From NCBI GenBank assembly GCA_019057635.1, contig DXJL01000119.1:1-16963 (forward strand): a stretch of DNA of 16,963 nt, read 5' to 3'. The notes below the pieces were generated by a model. The model was given only the letters and a program-made list of their open reading frames with translations, searched no databases and had not been told where the DNA came from. This DNA comes from Candidatus Heimdallarchaeota archaeon (lineage in GTDB: Archaea; Asgardarchaeota; Heimdallarchaeia; Hodarchaeales; Hodarchaeaceae). Position 1 is the stretch's first letter, and each line of letters starts with the position of its first letter. Shown one piece after another: positions 1 through 7,635 of this stretch. The position numbers were made by a program, and so were the translations under genes.

Positions 1-2
1 AA

Positions 3-1085
3 ACGATAGCTGGTTGTGGTTCTAATTGGGGTGTCTGGGATCCGAAAATTGTCTTAGATGCTAATTTCTACTGTGACACCTATGGTTTGGATACGATCTC
101 CATTGGTACTGGAATAGCATTTGTTATGGAATGTTATGAAAAGGGAATTCTGAATAAAGAGATTACTGGAGGATTAGAGCTCAATTTTGGTAATGGGCTG
201 GCCGCCATGGAGTTAATTCACCAAATGGCCCGTGGAGAAGGTTTTGGTAAAATTGTTGGTCAGGGTATTCGCAATATGAAAAAATATTTTGCAAAGGAGT
301 ATGGAGCAGATTCACAATTCCTCCAAGATATTGGAATGGAGCATAAAGGCTTGGAATTTTCAGAATATGTCACTAAAGAGTCGTTAGCTCAACAAGGGGG
401 TTATGGTTTCGCATTAAAAGGGCCGCAGCATGATGAAGCTTGGTTAATATTTGAAGATATGGTGAGAAATAACCTACCAACATTTGAGGATAAAGCGGAA
501 GCTTTAGCATGGTTTCCTTTCTGGCGAACGTGGTTTGGCCTGAATGGTTTATGTAAATTGCCTTGGAACGATGTTATCCCTCCCAACAATAATGAAAACC
601 CTCAAGGTCCCTTAACCTTACTGGATGCCCGCGCAAAAGTCCCTAAACATGTTCAATGGTACGCTGAATACTTTAGTGGAGTTACCGGATTACAATCGAC
701 TCCTGATGATCTTATCAAAATGTCCGAGCGAGTGTATAATTTTCAAAAAATCTTCAGCATCCGTCAAGGAAAAGGGTTACGTGAGCATGATTCAAATTTT
801 CCCTATCGTGCAATGGGCCCTGTAACTGTCATGGAGTATGAGAGCAGATTGGATAGATATGATTCTCTACTCAAGGAAAAAGTCGGAGTAGATCCTTCAG
901 GAAAGAGTACCGAACAGAAAATGAAACTTCTACGCGAGTATCGGGAAAATCAATACGTCGAACTTCAGAAGAAAGTATATGAACGTAGAGGATGGACTGC
1001 AAGAGGCTGTCCTACCATTGAAAAGGTTAAAGAACTTGGGATCGACTTCGAAGATGTCCTGCAGGTTATTTCTCCTTATCAATAA
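3..1085 (+). CDS. aor: Aldehyde:ferredoxin oxidoreductase (tungsten AOR/WOR family), 5'-truncated by window edge
   Basis: The frame is open from base 3 (TIAGCGSNWGVWDPKIVLDANFYCDTYGLDTIS), so the TTG at 87 is internal. It has AOR-family motifs CDxYGLDTIS, GLELNFGN, GLCKLPWND, MSERVYNFQ and a C-terminal RGW..G.PT.EK..ELGI. Confidence 0.92.
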   Translation, partial: TIAGCGSNWGVWDPKIVLDANFYCDTYGLDTISIGTGIAFVMECYEKGILNKEITGGLELNFGNGLAAMELIHQMARGEGFGKIVGQGIRNMKKYFAKEYGADSQFLQDIGMEHKGLEFSEYVTKESLAQQGGYGFALKGPQHDEAWLIFEDMVRNNLPTFEDKAEALAWFPFWRTWFGLNGLCKLPWNDVIPPNNNENPQGPLTLLDARAKVPKHVQWYAEYFSGVTGLQSTPDDLIKMSERVYNFQKIFSIRQGKGLREHDSNFPYRAMGPVTVMEYESRLDRYDSLLKEKVGVDPSGKSTEQKMKLLREYRENQYVELQKKVYERRGWTARGCPTIEKVKELGIDFEDVLQVISPYQ

Positions 1086-1131
1086 TCAAAAATAAGTTAT
1101 GATAAGCAAAAATCTGAGAAGGCAATGAAAA

Positions 1132-2196
1132 ATGACATACAAAGTAAATGAAGAATTTTTAGAAAGGTTAGTTACTACTCCAAGAGCCACTGGATACGAA
1201 TTTTCTGCTCAGAGAGTGATCAAAGACTATCTTGAGAATCATGTTGATAAAGTGTATGGCGATCGTGTTGGAAATCTATACACCGTTATTAATCCAGATA
1301 ATCCACTTAAAATAATGTTAGCTGGTCATGTTGATCAGATAGGATTTCAAATTAGTCATATTGATAAGAAAGGGTTTTTATGGTTCCTTACTCTTGGTGG
1401 ATTTGATAGCTCCACGTTACCTGGGAAGAGAGTTAAAGTATTTTCAAAAGGGAATTTTATTCCTGGAGTTATCGGTAAAAAGCCAATTCATCTAACAAAG
1501 CCTGAAGAAAGAAAAAAGGCTCCTGATCTTGAAAAATTGTTTATTGATTGCGGTTTCCAATCTAAAGAGGAAGGTAAGGCAAAAGTAGATGTTGGGGATT
1601 TTGCTGTGTTTGATTACGGATATCAGAGATTAGGTGATCATAGATATGCAGTAGCAAGCGGTTTTGATGATGCAATTGGGTCTTTTATTGTTGCAGAGGT
1701 AATGATGGAATTAGCGAAGGATAAGAACTTCTATGCAGGTGTGTATGGAGTCAGCACAGTACAAGAGGAAATAGGGCTCCGTGGCGCAGTGGTAGCTTCT
1801 AGGAAACTGCAACCTGATGTGGGAATTGCTCTTGATGTTGGGTTTGCTTCTGACAATCCCGAAATTAAAAAGAAACATGTAGGTGATACTAAATTAGGAG
1901 GGGGACCCATCGTATGCATTGGCCCGAACTTTAACCCTATCCTTTTCAAACGAATTCTGAATGTCGCTGAAGAACAGAATATTCCTGTGCAACGCATAGC
2001 TGAAAATAGGGGAACAGGTACCGATGCAAATGCCATCCAACTTTCAGGGGCTGCTACTGCGTTGATTGCCATCCCCAATCGGTACATGCATACAGCTAGT
2101 GAAATTATTAGTCTTGACGATGTTGAGAATATTGTTAAACTAGTGGTAAATCTCATTAAGTCTATAAAGGAAGAAGATACGTTTATTCCATTTTAG
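1132..2196 (+). CDS. M42 family metallo-aminopeptidase (TET/FrvX-like)
   Basis: Metal-ligand motifs AGHVDQIG, FDDAIG, QEEIGLRGA, ALDV and RYMHT; GTDA motif; 354 aa. Confidence 0.92.
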   Translation: MTYKVNEEFLERLVTTPRATGYEFSAQRVIKDYLENHVDKVYGDRVGNLYTVINPDNPLKIMLAGHVDQIGFQISHIDKKGFLWFLTLGGFDSSTLPGKRVKVFSKGNFIPGVIGKKPIHLTKPEERKKAPDLEKLFIDCGFQSKEEGKAKVDVGDFAVFDYGYQRLGDHRYAVASGFDDAIGSFIVAEVMMELAKDKNFYAGVYGVSTVQEEIGLRGAVVASRKLQPDVGIALDVGFASDNPEIKKKHVGDTKLGGGPIVCIGPNFNPILFKRILNVAEEQNIPVQRIAENRGTGTDANAIQLSGAATALIAIPNRYMHTASEIISLDDVENIVKLVVNLIKSIKEEDTFIPF

Positions 2197-2326
2197 TATC
2201 TTCAATACTCTATTTTTTCACGAGATAAATACACAACGTTGAAAAATCACGGATCTTGAAATAAAGGTTCGATGGAAAATCTGCTTTAGTGCACAATTGT
2301 TAAACCTAAGTTCTTACCTATGACTT

Positions 2327-2386
2327 TTGAGAAAAAAATTCAGAAGTTCTCAAGAATATAATCCTTCTCTTGAGAAAAGTTCAGAA
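2327..2386. promoter_or_regulatory. Putative operator array and AT-rich promoter upstream of the DUF362 gene
   Basis: TTGAGAA (2327-2333), TTCTCAA (2347-2353) and TTGAGAA (2370-2376) alternate in orientation. A 9-bp perfect inverted repeat TTCTCAAGA/TCTTGAGAA brackets ATATAAT. TTCAGAA occurs at 2339 and 2380. Confidence 0.4.
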
Positions 2387-2399
2387 ATAATACAAGGAA

Positions 2400-3668
2400 A
2401 TGGAAAGTATGACGAAATCTAAAGTATATTATGCTAATACCGATGAATTAACGATGGGAGATTCTCTTATTGATCGATTTGAGCATCTATGGAAGTCAGT
2501 AGGATTAAACGACTGGATTAAGAAGGGAGAGATTATTGCCATCAAAACCCATTTTGGGGCTAGAAATCAGACTCGCCATCTCAGACCCATGTACATACGG
2601 AAAGCAGTAGATTTAGTAAGACAAGCAGGTGGAACACCATGGGTTTGTGAAGGTGTTGGCATCGGCTGGGAGTGGCACAACCCTGAATTAGCTATGAGTA
2701 TTGGTCCAGGTTTTGTTTATTTAGCAAATCGTCATGGTATCAGTACTGGTACAATGAATGCTCCTGTAGTGATGGATGATGGGATTATGGGTACAGAGGT
2801 CTTTCATGTTCATAATGAAAAGGGCAAGTACATTCAAAATGTTGCTATGGCACTAGGACTTCGTGCTGCTGATAAAGTACTGATTTTATCGCGTTTCAAA
2901 GGCCATGATGGTGCAGGATTTGGTGGAGCATTGAAACAGCTTGGTATAGGTTGTGTGGGGAATGAAGGGAAAGGAGGAGCTCATTTTGGTGGCGGACAAA
3001 ATATCTATGTAAAGAGTCCTGATAATTGCTCTGGGTGTGGTGATTGTGTACGTATTTGTCCTTATGCCTGTTTATCTCTTGATGAAAATGGTAAGATTGT
3101 ACATAATCCCGAGAAATGCATAGCTTGTATCATGTGTTTTGATAAATGTCATCACGGAAAGGATATGGAAAAAGAACGAGTTTTTGCATTAAGACGCCGG
3201 GTTCCCAGTGTGGAACAAGTAGAAAGAATGATGGATAATGCTGGAGGAGTAGTTAAAGGGATTGGAAAGGAGAGATTAAGATATTTCAACATCGCGATTG
3301 ATATCACAAGCCATTGTGATTGTATGTCTGCAGGTGGAAATCTTCTCGTTCCAGACCAGGGCATCTTGTATTCTGAAGATCCAATTGCTATTGATCAAGC
3401 AAGTGTGGATCTTGTCACTAAAGCTCGGGGACTACCCATGTCACCTGCGGAAACTGGAATAAATTCTCCAAGTGGACGAATTGAACCGAATGAACGAGCA
3501 TTGGAAGCTGAGAATCAAAAATTGGGTTTGTATAGCCGATTTGTTGATCCTGAATCTCGGCCCATTATCGCAGAGACACAATTAGCTGCTGCATATTCTC
3601 AAGGAATAGGTTCACGTGAATATGACCTTATTCTGGTTCCCTCTCCACAGCAGAAGAAAAAAGAATAA
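2400..3668 (+). CDS. DUF362-domain Fe-S protein with inserted 2x[4Fe-4S] ferredoxin domain
   Basis: AIKTHFG, FKGHDGAGFGGALKQLGIGC, CSGCGDCVRICP, CIACIMCFDKC, HCDC and DPIAIDQASVDLV motifs. Confidence 0.88.
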   Translation: MESMTKSKVYYANTDELTMGDSLIDRFEHLWKSVGLNDWIKKGEIIAIKTHFGARNQTRHLRPMYIRKAVDLVRQAGGTPWVCEGVGIGWEWHNPELAMSIGPGFVYLANRHGISTGTMNAPVVMDDGIMGTEVFHVHNEKGKYIQNVAMALGLRAADKVLILSRFKGHDGAGFGGALKQLGIGCVGNEGKGGAHFGGGQNIYVKSPDNCSGCGDCVRICPYACLSLDENGKIVHNPEKCIACIMCFDKCHHGKDMEKERVFALRRRVPSVEQVERMMDNAGGVVKGIGKERLRYFNIAIDITSHCDCMSAGGNLLVPDQGILYSEDPIAIDQASVDLVTKARGLPMSPAETGINSPSGRIEPNERALEAENQKLGLYSRFVDPESRPIIAETQLAAAYSQGIGSREYDLILVPSPQQKKKE

Positions 3669-3694
3669 GTAAAATATAAGTAGAAGTTGCTATC

Positions 3695-4171
3695 TTACTT
3701 TGGATTTGTACGAGTAAGATATTCTTTCTTCTTTTTTCCTTCATGGATAAATGAAAGAATCTCCTCTTCAATCTTTCCATTTTCGACCACCTCACGGAAA
3801 AAAGTGACCCAATCCTCATCAAGTTCCTTCTGAGTCTGAGTGTCTTTATCTCCAATTTCGCACAATCTTTCCCATTCTTCATTTTCGAGATTAAACAGTT
3901 TGAGAAGATGAGGAAGAACCCCTTTAATCCAAATTTCTAATGCAACTTCAGTATGTTCAATAGAGAGCATAGTTAATTTGAAATAATGACAGAACTGAAA
4001 GTATAACATTTTTTCAGTTTCAAGTAGTTCGGGCGTTTTTAATGGGGATAAGCTATGAGGAGTGGTTGTTAAGCGTGGTTTATTTCGAACAGGTTTACGG
4101 GAGTCGATTTTTTTATCTAAAAGAGCGATTTCTTCCAAAAGGGCGTCCAATTTGGCTTTATCTAAAGGCAT
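3695..4171 (-). CDS. Hypothetical protein (~158 aa, predicted helical)
   Basis: Clean ORF with protein-like composition; ATG at 4171 (TTG at 4174); TTTATC box about 25 bp upstream; no recognised family motif. Confidence 0.65.
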   Translation of the reverse strand: MPLDKAKLDALLEEIALLDKKIDSRKPVRNKPRLTTTPHSLSPLKTPELLETEKMLYFQFCHYFKLTMLSIEHTEVALEIWIKGVLPHLLKLFNLENEEWERLCEIGDKDTQTQKELDEDWVTFFREVVENGKIEEEILSFIHEGKKKKEYLTRTNPK

Positions 4172-4322
4172 CAAGTAAAGGAGGAGGCACCAATTGATAA
4201 ATTTATCCCTTGACTACAAAAGCCAAAAAAGAATCAACAAGTGGTAATACTGTAGAAGAAGCAATACGATCAATACACTTCCCAGTAATTGCATATTAGC
4301 TTTCTGAAAAACATGATCATCT

Positions 4323-4661
4323 TTGTCCGACAATTCCATAGGTCTCATATTCGCTGACCTGTCTCTCTTACAAACTTAAAAGGCGTCCCTCCCGTACTTC
4401 ATCAACGCCGAGGTGATGACAAAAAAATCTACTTAGCTCTTAGGGCATATTCCCTTGTAACTTCGTTAGACGAGTTACCCGTCAAAGGCAAGAGAAGAAT
4501 GACCCAGACTGGTCGAAAGGTATTGGTGTTTGGGATGTCGCAGGAAGATCTGATGCAAGTAATCCCAACGGAAAGCAACGATTCTCTTGTTGCTAACCTG
4601 CCTGATAGTGGATGTGTGACTCATCCTGTCCAGGACTATTTTTCAAATAGTTGTCTGACAA
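4323..4661. other. Unexplained GC-richer segment bounded by two TTGTCNGACAA palindromes (candidate structured ncRNA, small element or gene remnant)
   Basis: TTGTCCGACAA at 4323-4333 and TTGTCTGACAA at 4651-4661; several short stems; hand count 84/180 G+C over 4441-4620 versus 15/60 over 4681-4740. Confidence 0.3.
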
Positions 4662-4663
4662 AT

Positions 4664-4963
4664 TTAGTCATGAACATAATAAGATATGCTGACTAACTGA
4701 TATACAATTGTAAACATAATAACAATTTCTAAAGGAATTGAATTGTAAATTTCTAATGATGGAGTAAGACTTAGTAAAGCAAAAAAACCAACAAAAATAG
4801 TTTCTGGAAATAAGATATGTGAGGCTTGATTGATTTTGGTTACTACTCGCTTATACATATATTGAAAGTAAACATACAAACCTATCAAGCCTAGCGAAGT
4901 ATAAAATATGCTATTCAGCAAAGCAAGTATAGGATCATTTGATTGTACGATAAAAAAAATCAC
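4664..4963 (-). CDS. Small membrane protein (about 3 TM segments), possibly a truncated transporter remnant
   Basis: GTG start overlaps the stop of the upstream small-subunit gene (GTGA); three hydrophobic stretches; the C-terminus may continue in another frame (IMFMTKFVRQLFEK*). Confidence 0.45.
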   Translation of the reverse strand: MIFFIVQSNDPILALLNSIFYTSLGLIGLYVYFQYMYKRVVTKINQASHILFPETIFVGFFALLSLTPSLEIYNSIPLEIVIMFTIVYQLVSISYYVHD

Positions 4964-5487
4964 GTACTTTTCTTTAACCTAGTCTTAGTATATTCAACTA
5001 AACCTCCGGCCTTAAAGATTTGAAGTGCCTGATCATCAAGCTTGGGGAATGAAAACACTTTATCTTTGATCTTAATGACGCCATTGTCAAAATCTACATC
5101 AATTTTTTCTTTAGAGGATAATAGATTTTCCTTATTCTTTGTTACAAAGTCTGAACATTCAGGTGAAATAACGAGAGGAAGCGCCTGGTTAATAGCATTT
5201 CGAAAATATATACGTGCAAAAGATTTCGCAATAATACAACTAATTCCAGCTGCTTGTAAACAGGTAACTGCTTGTTCTCGACTTGAACCAGCTCCAAAAT
5301 TACTGCCAGCCACGATGATATCTCCATCTTCCACTTCTTCAATGAATTTCGAATCATAATCTTCCAGAGCGTGACGAGTCATTTCATCAGGTGATAGCGG
5401 CTCATACGTATACCGTCCTGGGAATATTACATCCGTGTTAATATCATCTTCTGGAAAAATCCATATTTTTTGACTCTTGAAACGCAT
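4960..5487 (-). CDS. Aconitase-family small (swivel) subunit, homoaconitase/LeuD-like (pair 1)
   Basis: DDINTDVIFPGRYTYE, GDIIVAGSNFGAGSSREQA, AKSFARIYFRNAINQ and AGGLVEY; lies 2 bp downstream of the large subunit. Confidence 0.92.
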   Translation of the reverse strand: MRFKSQKIWIFPEDDINTDVIFPGRYTYEPLSPDEMTRHALEDYDSKFIEEVEDGDIIVAGSNFGAGSSREQAVTCLQAAGISCIIAKSFARIYFRNAINQALPLVISPECSDFVTKNKENLLSSKEKIDVDFDNGVIKIKDKVFSFPKLDDQALQIFKAGGLVEYTKTRLKKST

Positions 5488-5489
5488 TT

Positions 5490-6755
5490 TTATTCCTCCT
5501 CTGCAGTTATGTATCCTGCAAGAGCTGATTTCGCAACTGTTGCTGGACTAGCTAAATAGATACCAGTATCTTCTTTACTACCCATACGGCCTTTGAAATT
5601 TCTGTTTGCCGAGGAAATTGCTTTTTCTCCTGATGCAATACATCCACCATATGCTCCTAAACAAGGACCACAGGCAGGAATACCAATTTGGCCTCCAGCA
5701 GCTACAAGAGTCTCAATTATCCCTTCCCGTGTTGCTTGGAGAAGAATCTCTTGTGAAGCTGGATATACTAATAATCGAACATTGGGATGAATGGTTTTAT
5801 CTTTCAAAATATTGGCAGCAATTTCAAGATCATCTAACCGCCCATTTGTACAAGTTCCAATTAAGGCCACATCTATTGTGGTTTTCCCTAATTCTTCTAT
5901 GGGAACTACATTATCCACTTTATGCGGTTTGGCTATACGAGGTGTAAGGTTAGACACCTCCAATTCCAGAGTTTTGATATACTTAGCATCTTCATCTGCA
6001 GTTATTCGATCATATTGAAACTCAAATTGTTTGTTCCATTCATCAGTTACATCATCCACTGGAAAAATGCCTGCTTTGGCACCCATTTCTGCAGTCAGAT
6101 TGCTTAATGTCATCCGTTCACTCATGGATAACTTCTTTACAGAGGAACCATAAAATTCAATGGAATTATACGTTGCTCCTGCAGCTGTTATTTGTCGTAT
6201 AATTTCTAAGATGACATCTTTCGCATAAACACCTTTTGGTAATGAACCATCAAGAATGATCTTGATAGATTCTGGTACTTTCAACCATGTTTCCCCAATA
6301 GCCCATACAGAAGCGGTTTCAGTTCTTCCAATAGGAATACCTGCTGCACCAAATGCACCATGAGTGGTAGTGTGGCTATCACTGCCGAGGATTACAACAT
6401 TAGGAGGAACGTGTCCTTTAGCAGGTAAGACTTCATGACAAATGCCCGTACCACCCTCGTAGAAATATTTAATACCTTGATCTTTAACAAACTTCCTGAT
6501 GACTGTATGGTTTCCCGCTTTTACTGCGTCAGGTGGGGGAACAGCATGATCTAATGCAATAAAGATTTTTTCATGATCCCAAATTTTCCCATTTGGCCCC
6601 ACCATCTTATAAAACGTTTTAGAAATAGCTGCTGAGTTATCATGAGATAATATCCTGTGAGGTGAGACAAAAACAATTTCATTTTCGACAACTCCTTCAG
6701 TCTCTTTACCTGAAGCTTTTGCTAAAATTTTTTGGATTAAAGTTTGACCTACCAT
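5490..6755 (-). CDS. Aconitase-family large subunit, homoaconitase/LeuC-like (pair 1)
   Basis: SHDNS, LDHAVP, GICHEV and GSDSHTTTHGAFG; [4Fe-4S] ligands in GTCTNGR and CGPCLG; ANRNFKGRMG and YLASPATVA. Confidence 0.94.
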   Translation of the reverse strand: MVGQTLIQKILAKASGKETEGVVENEIVFVSPHRILSHDNSAAISKTFYKMVGPNGKIWDHEKIFIALDHAVPPPDAVKAGNHTVIRKFVKDQGIKYFYEGGTGICHEVLPAKGHVPPNVVILGSDSHTTTHGAFGAAGIPIGRTETASVWAIGETWLKVPESIKIILDGSLPKGVYAKDVILEIIRQITAAGATYNSIEFYGSSVKKLSMSERMTLSNLTAEMGAKAGIFPVDDVTDEWNKQFEFQYDRITADEDAKYIKTLELEVSNLTPRIAKPHKVDNVVPIEELGKTTIDVALIGTCTNGRLDDLEIAANILKDKTIHPNVRLLVYPASQEILLQATREGIIETLVAAGGQIGIPACGPCLGAYGGCIASGEKAISSANRNFKGRMGSKEDTGIYLASPATVAKSALAGYITAEEE

Positions 6756-6793
6756 ATCCTTACCTTAAAAAAAGATAAGAAAAGGGTGGAGGT

Positions 6794-7330
6794 TTAAGTA
6801 TTTAGGTTGAAAATTGCTACCATTTCTGAAAGATTATCGGCAAGCTGGGTTAATGTCTGTGCCGAAAACGTCATTTGATTCATAGATGCTGTCTGCTCTT
6901 CAGTTGCAGCAGCTACCTGTTCACTAGATGCACTAAATTCTTCAGATTGCGCGGAAAACCCTTGTAAGGCTTCATGTATATTCGTCATATTACAGCCAAT
7001 ATTCGTAACCATCCGTTCGGTAAATTCAGAGATATCTACAGTATTTGATTTTGTTTCCTCTGCCAGTCTTCTGACATTATCCGCAACTACGGCAAAACCC
7101 CAACTATATTCTCCTGCACGAGCGGCTTCGATTGCAGCATTAAGAGCTAGGATTTTTGTTTGACTCGCGATATCCTCTATGACTTATAAAGTTGTCTCTA
7201 CATCCCTTAACGACTGATCTACTACATCAGACATTTTCTTTATGTCGTCAATTGTTTTAGCAGATGATTCTGACTGATTAGCTGCTCCTCGACTTATTTG
7301 CTGTATAGTCACTGCCATTTCTTTGCTTCT
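6794..7330 (-). pseudogene. Methyl-accepting chemotaxis protein pseudogene (signalling-domain remnant)
   Basis: Minus frame reads ..[88 protein letters not shown]. There is an in-frame TAA at 7184-7186, a degenerate hairpin tip (QTK for QTN, YSWG for YGRG), and no sensor, TM or HAMP region. Confidence 0.88.
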
Positions 7331-7466
7331 TGCAACAGTTACAAGCAAAACTGATCAAATAAATAAAATTCTTAATGAATCTGAAGCTCAGATAACATCC
7401 CAACCGAAACCTGTAGAGGAAACTGAACATTCAGAATCCTTCGACAAACCTGCGAACCAGTGGTAA
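7323..7466 (+). pseudogene. Probable 3' tail of a deleted + strand gene (47 codons)
   Basis: LLLATVTSKTDQINKILNESEAQITSQPKPVEETEHSESFDKPANQW* reads like a natural C-terminus and begins where MCP similarity on the other strand stops. Confidence 0.4.
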
Positions 7467-7635
7467 TTTTGATCTTTTAATTTACCATTTGATAGAGATA
7501 ATTCTTGTTTTTGGTTTTTGTTGGCGAATCAAAATTGAAAATCAATTTTAACTTCGGGGAGGAAAGATTTTACTGTGAAGGTTCACTTTTGGCAAAACGT
7601 CTTTTAAGGTTATCAAATGCTAAAAAGTGGAAAAG

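Noticed and set aside
87-89. TTG start for the AOR given by the ORF track
   Set aside because: It lies inside the conserved YGLDTIS motif and the frame is open to the window edge.
4355-4536. Selenocysteine readthrough at TGA 4355 with an ATGA...GA SECIS-like stem at 4499-4536
   Set aside because: The stem register does not give the tandem G-A core, and the TGA has no redox-motif context.
4380-4660. Firm call as SRP RNA or RNase P RNA
   Set aside because: There is no canonical CAGG-stem-GNRA-stem-AGCA helix 8 and no RNase P GAGGAA.UCC/ACAGAA motifs; kept only as a candidate.
5042-6107. Short + strand ORFs opposite pair 1, and similar shadow ORFs elsewhere (401-589, 1731-2156, 9466-9880, 11863-12069, 15956-16213, 16760-16945)
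   Set aside because: They are antisense or alternative-frame shadows of well-supported genes with no motifs.
7184-7186. Stop-codon reassignment explaining the MCP TAA
   Set aside because: TAA ends many intact genes in this window and the MCP shows other decay.
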